From NCBI RefSeq assembly GCF_018977255.1, contig NW_024704742.1, positions 114,578,001 to 114,642,000 of the forward strand: a DNA stretch of 64,000 nt, given 5' to 3'. Below the pieces are notes generated by a model, which made no database searches, was not told the DNA's origin, and saw nothing but the letters and a program-made list of their open reading frames with translations. Below are positions 52,901 through 64,000 of this stretch, piece after piece (within the stretch, counting starts at the first letter, position 1; every line of letters starts with the position of its first letter). This stretch comes from Callorhinchus milii. Its lineage: Eukaryota. The translations under genes were made by a program, and so were the position numbers.

Positions 52901-53535
52901 AGCTCCCAGCACACTGGCCTAAGACAATGTGAATTTTAAAAAAATCAATTAGTGAGATTGCATCTGCACTCAATTACACAGCTATTAAATTCTAAATCTT
53001 CAACAGACAATTTTAGCAGGCAACAGTGAGCTCTCGCTGATTCTAGCGTTGTGTACGAGGAGAGCTTTACATGGACACAGAAATTTTCAGCACAGAACCA
53101 ACTTTTCAGCCCATAATTTATATAACTGCTGCTTGTTTTTCTGTATCACCCATTTATTTTACTAATGCCACTTGCCAGCTCTTTCCCCATAATCCCTTAA
53201 TATTTGTACGTCTTGGGTTTTGAAGACCTGTCCCACAAGACAGCCTATTGCTGTCGCTCGATCAATGCTGATTTATTTTTCCTTATTATTATAATATATA
53301 CAGTATACCTAAGCGGTTAATAAATCCCTGAAAAAAAATTAATTAGGTCACTCATTCCACGATTGTTTGTTGGGCAATTGGCTGCCGCGTTTTGCCCACA
53401 AAATATACAGTCAATTCACTTTACAGTGTATTCTGTGAAGCGCTTTGAGATGTCTCAATGACGTGATAAGGCAGGAGGGAAGAGTTCAGATTCTAGGGCA
53501 GGGGTGACCTGTATAGGACGCTAACTTTCCAAGGG

Positions 53536-53713
53536 ATGAAATGCATCCTGTCAAACTAGAAATGGAAAACCAAGAAGTTGAATCGAATTGACAGAAAAGG
53601 GGAGAGCCCCAAATTCAAACCAAGAATTTGAATCGAAAGGGGCTCTCCCCTTTTCTATCAATTCGATTCAAATTCTTTGTTTTCCATTTCCAGTTTGACA
53701 GGATCCAATTCAT
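53536..53713. repeat. 178-bp near-perfect palindrome (MITE or fold-back-like)
   Basis: Arm ATCCTGTCAAACTAGAAATGG...AAGGGGAGAGCCCC (53545-53610) is the near reverse complement of GGGGCTCTCCCCTT...TTTGACAGGAT (53639-53704). Confidence 0.9.
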
Positions 53714-55198
53714 GTGAGTACCAAGGTTTTGAGTTCAGAGTAGGAATAGTTAATAAAGCTGAAATAAACTGGGTCTAATAAAATAAAGAACTTAAGATCA
53801 AAGTTTGAAAAATGGGGAATGTCATCATGAGGAATATTGCAGAACAAAATAGAAGAAATAACCAGAAAAAGAGCAATGTGTCTTGAAATAAAAAGAGAAA
53901 TGGAACGAGTTTAAAGAAGAAGAAATGAATCTGGAAGCAAACTAAATCAGAAAGTTGTGGAACTAGACCAGAGAGGGAAAAAAGACTAGAGGAGGGAAGA
54001 TGTACAAGATTTCTTTAAGAAATCTCTTTAAGAAAGAGCTAATGAAAATAAAGGGATTCTGGAAAGGCAGTGGGGCAAGACTGGACTGTTGTGAGTTCAG
54101 AATATAGGAGGTACTTAATGTACCAGTGTTGTGGGTTGACGCTCATAAACAAATGACAATGCTGAATTGTGAACCATGTCAACTTGGGAACTTGTACCAG
54201 AGAGCAACCAGAGCCCTTGGAACCGCACTCAAGCGAGCTCAGACCAGGAACCATGAGTGGGTGAACGGGGAGAGAGAATTAGATGAAATAATCAAACATG
54301 CGAAATGTTAAATACGATTGATTTGATCATGTAGAAATAGAACATTAACTTAACTTGCCTTGTAAAACAGCTGTGAGTAGGTTGATTCAAAATTTCATTT
54401 TCTACCGCTCAACCCTGAACAAAGATTTCATTTTTTTTTGGTGGGGGGGTGGAATCTTTACTCATAGTTTGAAGTCTCATCCACTTTGTTTTCCTTCTGG
54501 TCTGTTTCTTCGTTTTGCAATATTTCAACCAGTCAAGTGGCCTGCGGACAGACACGGCCAAGGTTCACACCATTCGGTCACTCACACCCAGGTCTCATTC
54601 TCACTTCTGTCTCATATTTACCCTCCCTCTCTCATCCTCAGCTATCATCTCATTCTCCCTCTTTCCCCCCCTCCCACCTCCATCTGGGAGTTCCAGAAAC
54701 AGTGTGACAGTCATGCTGGGTGGTCATGTCACTAAAATCTGCAGCTCTTTTTCTGACTCGAGCACATTTTCTGAGATATTTATTAGATATCTTTGACACA
54801 ATATGTGCTCTATACAACCAACACTTTGCCCACAAAACATACAGTCAATTCACTTTACAATATATGCTGTGAAGCACTTTGAGACGTCTCAAAGACGTGA
54901 CAAGGTGCTATATCAAATGCAAGGATTATTATTATTATTAAAGTAACTGATGCCTGTGCACAGTTCCAGAGATGGCACGTAATGGTTTTAAAGAGGTTCT
55001 GTTTCTTATTTTGTTTTTGTTGCCTTAGGTTTAATGGTTGAAATCCTCAGTTAACTGATTATTTTTAAACAGTTATGCTATCCAATTTCATAGCGGTTTT
55101 GTCTGAACTTACAATATGTGTTATAATATTATCTTTTCAGTAATTGAACTTTAGCCAAGGTTTATTGATTCAACAGTCATACTTTGTTCTCTAACCAG

Positions 55199-55354
55199 TG
55201 GCGCATTTCATTGCTTTAGCTCGACTCACAAATAACATTGAAACAGAACCGCTCCAGGCAGAAAACGCTAGCCGGTCAGAAATTGTCAACCCGGCAGAAG
55301 AAGCAGAGAATCCACAACAATTTAACCTTCGAGTGAATGGAGTTTTCTATAACG
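55199..55354 (+). CDS. XDH/AOX-like gene, exon 2 (N-terminal extension and start of the Fe/S domain)
   Basis: Splice sites ctaaccag|TG...AAC G|gtaaag. Translates AHFIALARLTNNIETE...QQFNLRVNGVFYN; FxxxVNG is the first strand of the XDH/AOX ferredoxin domain. Phases fit both neighbours. Confidence 0.82.
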
Positions 55355-55869
55355 GTAAAGACAGCTTTTGGAAAATCTATCTCTCTGACTGTGGCTACGG
55401 TCACTTCCCACTCCCCTCCTATGACAATAATAACAACAAAATTACATTTGTATAGCCCCTTTCACATTGGGAGGATGTCCCAAGGCGCTAGACAGTCAGT
55501 GTTTCGGACCCGAGCTGGGAATTGGGGAGGGTGGATGGCAAGGAGGGAAGCGGGGTGATCGAAAGCACGGTCGAAGAGGAGGGTCGAGATGGGGGTGATA
55601 GAGTCCTACTCACCCGTACTATACAGCATATACAGTCAATTCACTTTACAGCATATTTTGTATTAAACTCCATACCCCTGTCACAACAGTTCTAGCCAGA
55701 CTCCACTGGCTCCCTATCGCCGAACAAATGGATAGATTTCAAGATCCTCACATCATTTTCAAATCCCTGCATGCCCTGGCACCTGGCACTCTTAGTGTCA
55801 TGCTCCGCCACTGTTTTTGCTCGGTTTCCGGCACTGTCTCTGTGAAGGCTTTTGTGAACGGCGTTGAGT

Positions 55870-56262
55870 TTCATGTCGGGAAGACGTCTGAAAGTGCTTC
55901 ACTTGATTTATTGTAAAGTGTAATGACTATTTTGTAGGTGAAAGTGACAGCCAATTTGGACACAGCAGTGTCCCACAAACAGCCATGAAGTGAATGACCA
56001 ATTTTATCTAAGGGATTATTGGCCAAGATGCTGGGAGAAACTCCCTTCTCTTTTCAAATAATGCCATAGGATTGTTAACAGATAGATGGGACCTTGGTTT
56101 AACATCTCACTTGAAGGCGGCATTTCCAACAATGTAGCGCTCCCCAGCACTGTATTGGAGTATCAGCCTAAACTAAATTCAGCCTAAACTTAAAATCCCA
56201 GTGTGGGGATTCAAGCCTCGATTTGCTGGTTCAGCGGTGAGAATGCTACCAACTGACCAGGC
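55870..56262 (-). mobile_element. Older SacSINE1-like Deu-domain SINE
   Basis: Reverse complement of the head, body and core seen at 32581-32920. Confidence 0.7.
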
Positions 56263-56826
56263 GGCCTCATGATATAAAGTTCATATTGCCTAGAGGGTTT
56301 TCCCTGTAAACAGAACATTTCTCTCGAGACAACATGACACACATGCAAAAACAATTTTTTGCATGGTCTCCTTTTTATTGTCAAGATTGTACAAAGTATT
56401 GATTGCTGCCTATGACGTTAATGGAATGTTTTGCAGTCGGTGCTTAGTATTCAGCAATTTCTCTTTTCTGAGTTTATAAAATGCAGAAAAAAGTGTCTTT
56501 ATAGTTGTTTGTGTTTAACAATGACATTATCATTTTGAAATCTCACCGTTAACCGTGTCCTGGACAACAATCCGCCAATTAAAGTTGGTCATTCACTTCA
56601 TTTTGGGACATTGCTAATTATTATTGTTGTTATTGCTGGAGCGAATTGGCTGCCGCATTCACCTACAAAGTACGCAGTCACTTCACAGTCATTTTGTGAA
56701 GCGCTTTAGACGTCCTCCTGATGTGAAAGGGGCTGTACCAAATGCAGGAATTAATTATTATTTCCCTTCATGGTTTCTTGTCATTATTCAGACCTGTTTT
56801 GTATTTTCTGCCAATCTTTAAAACAG

Positions 56827-56993
56827 TCAAAGATGAGGACCCGCAGATGCCTCTCAGTGAATACCTGCGCTCCGTCCTCCAGCTTCGTGGAACCAAGACC
56901 ATGTGCCATGAAGGTGGCTGTGGGAGCTGTATTGTGGTGGTTGAATGCGACAACCCAATAATGCCTGGAAGAGTTGTCAAGGCAATCAATTCG
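56827..56993 (+). CDS. XDH/AOX-like gene, exon 3 (2Fe-2S ferredoxin-type domain)
   Basis: Splice sites aaacag|TC...TCG|gtaagg. Translates VKDEDPQMPLSEYLRSVLQLRGTKTMCHEGGCGSCIVVV...KAINS; GTKxxCxEGGCGxC is the molybdo-flavoenzyme Fe/S motif. Confidence 0.93.
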
Positions 56994-58687
56994 GTAAGGC
57001 CACAACTAGTCAATAATGTCCTGGTTTTCATAGCTGGGGTTCAGCGTGATTTACTACAACTAAAACCCAATTTATTCTTTAAAAGGGAGATAAATCAATA
57101 CTTGGGAAGCAAGGGTAACACTATTAAGTGTGAGGAAATAGGGTTATATGATCTGTCATGATGTAATAAACTGGTGGAATAGGCTCGATGGGCTGAATGG
57201 CGCCTCCTATTCCTACACTCTATTTTTGAAATGGAGAGCATTATATAATGCCCAGGGATATAGTACACGTAGAGTGTAATACGCAGGAAGTGATATCAGT
57301 GACATCCCAGAAGTTGGCCATTTTAGCCCATCGCTTATAACATAGCCTTTGAGTTGTTGGACTCAGGGCACTGTGTTGTAGCGAGGTTCCCTATAATAAT
57401 AATAATAATATATAATAATAATATGAAAGAAAAAGATAGAGATATAAAAAGAAAAATAGGTCAACATTTCTGGTGTGTCCCTTCGGCCTATTTATTTTTT
57501 ATCAGCTGCTCATTGATCTGCTGTGGGTTTCCAGTATTTGTGTTTCTTCATTTTATTCCTGCATTGTAGTTCTTACTTGTGGATCTTTCATGGCTACAGC
57601 TCTTCAAAGATGATTTTCCCATCCAAATAAATTTGAATGTAAAATTGGGAGTGGAATAATGTTATTAACTGCCACAGCACACGCAGGACCTGCTGATAAC
57701 ATAGTTTGGTGAACTTTGCATTTTGTTGTCTCCCGTCAAACATGGAAAGCTGATTGAACACCCAGAATCCATGAACTATCATAACATTATGAGGTGCAAT
57801 AGTAGCACTGCTATTCTTGCCTATCAACGCATTGATCCTTAGCTTAACTCAGGTTTGAGGTCTTTCAATTATGCCCACCTTATTATTTTTGTAACATTGC
57901 ATGTCTGGGACTCAGAGAATCTTAGATTGTCGTTGAGTGCATTTGTGAGACACAATTTAAATCAGAAAACTATGTATAGTGAGAAAACATATAAGAAAAG
58001 AGATAGAGGTGAGAAATCCAGAGAAACGGTGAAGCAAGTGAGAATTCCGGACAGTATCTACAAAGAATCTCTATATATGGTTATAATAGAGGCAGATGGC
58101 AACTTTTCACATCTCTATCTTGTCTATCGACAAAATACAATAATACTAATAATTCTTGCATTTGATATAGCACCTTATCAATTCATTGAGCCATCTCAAA
58201 GTGCTTCATAGGATATTCTTGATAAACTTCATAAACACAGGAAAATTCAACTTAAATATTTATTACTATGTTTCTTCATCTCCAAAATATTTGCCAAAGT
58301 AACAGATTATCCTTTCATAATATTCCGTTGTGAAGGCATCATTGAGATATATGGTATGCTGCATTAATAGTGCTCCGAGACACTATCCTTGCTATTTAAA
58401 TGGAAGTTGCAGTTTTAGCACATGTCCACAATCTGCTCTGATGGGTTTTGGCATGTGTCAGACACCCGGCTGACCAAAAANCCACTATGGTTGAAGCAGA
58501 ACACATTAATGTGTGTAAGAGAACTTGATGCATACATGAGGGAGAAAGGAATAGAGGATTATAGGAGAGCGTGGTTGTTTGAGTGGATTATAAGCACCAG
58601 CACAGACTAGTTGGCCTGTTTCCATGTCGGATCTCTCTGTGTAACTTTATGTAACCTTAATGGTTCTTATATGTTCGTATTTTGCAG

Positions 58688-58857
58688 TGTTTATGTCCAA
58701 TTGGCTCCCTATTGTCAATGAAGAACCATCAGGTGATAACAGTGGAGGCATTGGGGTCAGTAAAGAAGGGTTTACACCCCATTCAACAGCGCCTGGCAGA
58801 TTACAATGGAAGCCAGTGTGGGTACTGCAGTCCAGGCTTTGTCATGCAGATGTATGG
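58688..58857 (+). CDS. XDH/AOX-like gene, exon 4 (second 2Fe-2S domain start); gene continues beyond the window
   Basis: Splice sites ttgcag|TGT...GG|gtaagt. Translates CLCPIGSLLSMKNHQVITVEALGSVKKGLHPIQQRLADYNGSQCGYCSPGFVMQMYG, with the HPIQ and QCGYCxPG motifs. Confidence 0.94.
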
Positions 58858-58899
58858 GTAAGTACAGAAAAATACATGTGCTTGATGGTTCCTGAAATC

Positions 58900-59050
58900 G
58901 TAGAATCATAGAATTATGCAGCATAGAAGGAGGCCATTCGGCCCATCATGTCTGTGCCGGCTCGTTGAAAAAGAGCTATCCAAGTCAATCCCACTCTCCC
59001 GCTCTCTCCCATTAGCTGTGCAAACTTGTCCTCCCCAAATAATTATCTGA
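58900..59050 (-). mobile_element. CR1 3' tail fragment
   Basis: Reverse complement of the 3' UTR and tail at 480-628. Confidence 0.8.
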
Positions 59051-59396
59051 TGGAAATGTGCTTTTCCATTTTTGAATATATATGATTTTAAGATTTGCCT
59101 TCATTATTTGCCAATGATTTGTAATCTCCGACCATTTTTTTCAAATAAATCAATTTTTAGTTCTTATTTCTCCTCAGAGTATTGCTTGTTTTACTTTTTC
59201 AAAAAATATATATTTTTATTTCTCTGCTACTTCCTAGAAATAACTCCCCTGTCATATAATTTATATTTGGCACATAGTAATATAGACAAAAAAAACAAAG
59301 TTCATCTAGTCTGCCTTCTACCATCTTGCTAGTCTCATGCTAGATGGAGATGTTACAAAAATAAGACTGCCTAGTTAACGCCAACTTTGGGACTAA

Positions 59397-60125
59397 TGTC
59401 AGGCTGGCTCAGTTGGGTAGCAATCAAACTACTGAGTCAGAAAGTTATGGGTTCAAGCCCTAGATCAGAACTTTGAGCTCATAATCTAAACATAGCTTCG
59501 GCCTGTTCCACATCTCCTGCCCGGCTTCACCGCACCATCGGGCCTTCAGCTTCTCTGCCCCCACCTTTTGGAACTCCATCCCACAGTCCCTTCACGTTGC
59601 TCCCTCCCTTGTCTCCTTCAAAGCATGTATCAAGACCTCCTCTTTGACCGCGCATTCGGCCACCCTCCCTGCCTTCCACTTCCCATCGATCCCAACCCCC
59701 TGATCGGGTCCAAATCCCTAACTGTCCAGTGCCTTGGGACGTCCTCCCGACATGAAAGGCAGTTTACAAATGTAAGTTATTGTTGGTGTTGACATTCCAA
59801 TGAGGTGCTGGTGGAGTACTGGATTATCAGAGAAGTTGGTCTTCAAACGAGGCATTATACTGAGCTCCCGTCTGCCTGTTTAGGTGGATGTTAAAGATCT
59901 CGTGGTACTATTTGAAAAGTGAAGGGAATTTCCTTTGATGTTCTGAGCAGATAAAATTGGTTATTCATTTCATGGCTGTGTGTGGGATATTCCTATGTGC
60001 AAGTTGGCTACAGTATTTACCTACAAATGCACACTCATTATATTTTGGAGTAAATTCTGTGAAGAGCTTTGAGACGTTTCAGTGATATGATAAGGCCCTA
60101 TTACCAAATCCAAGGATTAGTATTA
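59397..60125 (+). mobile_element. Older Deu-SINE interrupted by an L2 3' fragment (~59495-59790)
   Basis: SINE head at 59397-59490, then an L2 tail segment, then the SINE body and core resume. Confidence 0.65.
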
Positions 60126-61079
60126 TTGTAATTCTAGCAGAATACATCTGTAAGTATTAAATTAATTTTAGATGGCTTTGCCAAACACATTTTGACCTGA
60201 TGTATATACTTGGGTCCTGTGGGTGATGTTAGTTAACCATTATTTCAAGACTTGTCAGTTCCTCCATGGTCTATATAGCATTCTTCTCCTATGTGGTTTG
60301 GATTTAACTAAGTATCTCAAGTGTTGGAGCAATGCAGATGTAGCTGATGTAGTTAACTTTCTGGTCAGAAGATGGAGGTAGAGTATTGTTCAAAGTGGTC
60401 TAACAAGACCGTCTCTCCAAGTGAACAAAGGTCATCAGGGTTTTGTGGATCTGTAAACGTTAAGTTCAGTCTGAATCGCCATATGATTGCACGAGCAGTT
60501 TGTGAGGAACAAACTGGTTGGAGGTCCTTCTTACTTTAGTCATGAAAGCAGGTGGCTGATTTTAATGAGTAGTAAGGAAAAACTGAAAGAATACGTTTAA
60601 AGTGTTCAAATGTTTTCAACCAGAGCCTTTGACTAGGTAACATGGCTAGATGTGTTTTCCTTAGATTTTTGAGGGACTGCGGGAAGGTGTTCCAGAGGGT
60701 GGGGGCAGAGTGGCTGAAGGCTCGCCCGCCAGTGGTGTAGCAGGTGAGTCAGGGGACATGAAGCAGCCCGGATCTCGCTGAGCGGAGGGAGCGGGCAGGT
60801 TGGTAGAGAGTTAGGAGATCGCAGAGATAGGGGGGAGCAAGGCAAATATCTAGAGTTCAGATGATTACAACAGGCATCCCCAGGAGATCAGATCTGTAAT
60901 GGAGGACTGTTTGCACACAGGTCTTGTATGCCTCAAGTTTGACCTGCATTGTGACCTTTGCTTCCTTGAAGAGAAATGGGCATGACCAGAGTGTACTTCA
61001 CCCCTTCTCAGCATAATCCTTCAGGACAGTGTCCAGGCTGAAGTTGGTGTGCCTTGAAAAAGGGGAGGCCAGAAGGCTA

Positions 61080-61970
61080 CTGGTGAGAGAGTGAATTGGA
61101 GGAACTCTGGGATGGAGTTCCAGAGAGCGGTTGTCGGGTGCCAGAAAGCCTGCCCACCAATAGTAGACCTTATAGGCTGGGGGACACGATAGCCTGATTT
61201 CTTTCTTCTGGATTCTGTGTGAGTTTGAGGGTTAAATCCTTAGGCCGTTCACTGGCCTTTGCAGAGTCTCATGTATTGAGAACCGGTTAGGTTCCCATGT
61301 GAGCTGAAACCATCTTCTTTTGCACAAGGCAATGGGAATTTGTCCAGAGAATGTGTAGAGAATTGTGAAGCTTTGACCCTTGATAGGTTGGAGGGAATAA
61401 GGAACAAGTCATGGACTAGAGTCAGAACAGCAGAGGCCGAAGGAGATTGTAGCAGGTGGAAGGACATGAATTTGAACGACAGAATGATTATCTTGAAGTT
61501 GATTTGCTGAGGTAGTGGGAGCCTATAGAGCTGAGAATGGATGGGGTTAATGGGCTTGTTGATCCTGGTGTGGGAGAGAACATGGGCAGTGGAGATTTGT
61601 ATGAGATGCAACTGATGGAGAGTGGAGCTACTGAAGCCAGAGAGGAGAGATGATGAGAAATGAAGCCTCAAATTAACAGAAAGCAAGATGAAGGTTTCAG
61701 TTGTGGTTGCTAGTGGGACAGACATGCAAACAGGCAATGTTTCAGAAATGGAAGATGGCGATCTGTGTAAGAACCGTAAGTAGGTTTGAAACAGAGCTGA
61801 GAGTCAAACGAATACCCAGGGTTACATACTGGTTTAGCTAGCTGGAGCAAGCTCTCAGGAAGGCTGATTGAATTGAGTCCGAGGCCAGAAAACTACTGGT
61901 GAGAGCAAAAATGGATGGTTTCAATTTTGTTGATGTTCAGCTGAAGGAAGTTGAGGCTGAAGGAAGTTAA
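61080..61970 (-). mobile_element. Highly decayed L2 fragment(s)
   Basis: ORF 61249..61737 has STLHQLHLIQ..AHVLS...LYRLPLPQQINFKI, an L2 C-terminal remnant. Confidence 0.65.
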
Positions 61971-62199
61971 TGCTCAAGGAAAAAAAGTGACTATCTGAAG
62001 GATACCTACAGTGTAGCATTTGACCTCCTGGCAAAATGTTTAATTTAAATATTGGTGCTTCAAAATTTAGGCAAGAAAGTGTTGAAATGTTTGCCAAAGC
62101 GAAATCAACACATTATCTGCCAAGGAGCGAGTTCCATTGTTTGCCATCAGATGACTGACTGCAGATTAACAAACATCCCTAAGCATTAATTCATGCAGT

Positions 62200-62382
62200 A
62201 TGTGTCTAATGCTTTCCAGGATTAAGTGAGCAGTGTGCGCCCCTCAGGGGAGAGCGTGCTCATTCCATTTCAAACAAAGAGAAACTTCTGTACACATGTA
62301 GAATTCTCAGCATGGTTTGGATATTCTTAAGCATGGTGATGGGTTTCCCCATGTGTCAGACACCTGGCTGTCCCCCAAAAAA
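62200..62382 (-). repeat. Unclassified inverted-arm repeat family copy
   Basis: GGGTTTCCCCATGTGTCAGACACCTGGCTG is the reverse complement of the 35552 terminus; similarity extends ~170 bp. Confidence 0.6.
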
Positions 62383-62904
62383 TCAGCGATTTAAGTGGGC
62401 ATGTACCAAAGATGCTCACCATCAGGAAAACATTAACTTCAGCAGAAAGTCAATGTAAGCAGACTGACTCCCTAATCCAGCAAAATTGATCAATGGTTAA
62501 ACAAACCTAAATTAGTCCAGTCACAGGTCTGTTCACTCGATAGGATACCAGTTAACTTAAATTCTTAAATATAGTGTTTTTCTAAGTGTCGTAAGCCATT
62601 CTATGGTATTGTGAAGGATTTGGTTTCAATACTGCATTGCTTTTGCTAGTTTATCTCAGGTGTCCCTCCTTTCAGTTCTGGGCAAGATGACATCTCTATG
62701 AGTTGCACTATAATGTACCCTAATTTCACATCATTTTGACTAATGAATAGGTATGCATGTTACGAAACGTCATTGGGTTAAAAAAAACTCATGGAGTCAG
62801 AAGAGAGTATTTGTGTTCAATTTATACATTTGCTGCTTGGGGTTTCTGTTGCTTTTTTTTGCAAAACATTTTATCAAATATGATTTTATATAATATCTAT
62901 TATT

Positions 62905-63707
62905 CTGAGCTGTCCTTTCTCCCTCACATCCGCACCACAACTGGCACCGCCTTCCATCACCTCCGGAATATCGCCAGATTACGGCACTACCTCACCCCTC
63001 ACGCTGCTGAAACCCTGGTTCACGCCTTTGTCACCTCAAGGCTGGACTATGGGAACTCTCTCCTCGCCGGCCTTCCGGCACCTCCCTCCACAAGCTGCAG
63101 GTCATTCAGAACTCTGCAGCTCGTGTACTGTCCCGCACCAGGCTTCGGGACCACATCACTCCTACCCTCGCTCGTCTCCACTGGCTCCCATCCCCCAGAG
63201 GATTGATTTCAAGATCCTCATCCTCACCTACAAGGCCATTCACGGCCTTGCTCCCTCCTACCTCTCCAACCTACTATCCCCCTACCTACCTGCCCGTAAC
63301 CTCCGTTCCTCTGGCTCCGGTCTGCTCCACGTCCCCCGCCCCAACCGCCCTACTATCGGTGGTCGGGCCTTCAGCCTCTCAGCCCCGAGGCTCTGGAACT
63401 CCATCCCCCAGTGCCTTCGCCTTGCTTCCTCCCTTTCCTCCTTCAAGGCCGGTCTCAAAACCTTTCTCTTTGACCGTGCCTTCAGCTCTCGACTCTCTTC
63501 CTCCTCCTCGCTCCCTCCCTTCCCTCCCCTCACCCTGACCATTTCCCCCCTCCTCGCTCCCTCCCCTCCCCTGACCATTTCCCCCCTCCTCTCTCCCTCC
63601 CTTCCCTCCCCTCACCCTGACCATTTCCCCCCTGCTCGGGTCATGACCCAACTGTGCAGCGCCTTGGGACGTCCTCCTGACGTGAAAGGCGCTCTATAAA
63701 TGGAATC

Positions 63708-63751
<44 letters not shown>
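62905..63751 (+). mobile_element. Young L2 LINE 3' fragment with long (TTG)n tail
   Basis: Reads AFHHLRNIARLRHYL..AETLVHAFVTSRLDYGN...PRLWNSIP. Nearly identical to the reverse complement of 16981-17815. Confidence 0.95.
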
Positions 63752-64000
63752 ATTCGCCTGCAAATCACTTCAGTCACTGCAGTTTGCAATAAATCCAATG
63801 AAGTGCTTTGAGATGTTTTGACAACTTGATAAGGTGCTATATCAAACGCAAGGTTTTTTTTATTGTTATGTGGCAAAGCACAGATAGGATTTCAAAAAAA
63901 TCTATAAATGTTTAGCAGATATTTTGTTACAGTACTGAAAAAGCAATGTTTTTTTTAAAGCTGAATGAGACTTTATAATGAAAAGTTGACCTCTGAATAC

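Noticed and set aside
54126..54311. LGTALK peptide reminiscent of RPS23
   Set aside because: The flanking residues do not match RPS23 and there is no exon structure.
58481..58481. Single N between a repeat terminus and a CR1 remnant
   Set aside because: An assembly ambiguity or gap marker, not biology; it makes this intron's length uncertain.
58858..64000. Search for the next XDH/AOX-like exon (expected GNxCRCTGYRPI)
   Set aside because: Not found by eye; presumably beyond the window.

Overview
Repeat-rich vertebrate genomic DNA. The repeat families (CR1 and L2 LINEs, tRNA-derived Deu-domain SINEs, Penelope-like fold-back elements) suggest a cartilaginous fish, possibly a chimaera; that assignment is inference. 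Two spliced genes lie on the + strand. (1) The last four coding exons of ATG10: 2934-3063, 4823-4920, 16197-16294 (with the catalytic HPC) and 30303-30402 (with the stop). (2) The 5' end of a xanthine dehydrogenase/aldehyde oxidase-family molybdo-flavoenzyme gene: putative exon 1 at 46435-46492, then 55199-55354, 56827-56993 and 58688-58857; it continues past the window. The second gene is the most interesting feature. Its 2Fe-2S motifs and intron positions look unlike canonical vertebrate XDH/AOX and more like invertebrate AOX-like genes. It has an ~60-aa N-terminal extension, and its first exon sits inside ~5 kb of minisatellites. Also present: Penelope-type elements with minimal hammerhead-ribozyme-like cores and target-site duplications, a 178-bp near-perfect palindrome, an unclassified inverted-arm repeat family, Gypsy/LTR relics and a diverged ~300-bp duplication. 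The long ORFs at 44.7-50 kb are tandem-repeat artefacts. All calls were made by eye, without database searches.
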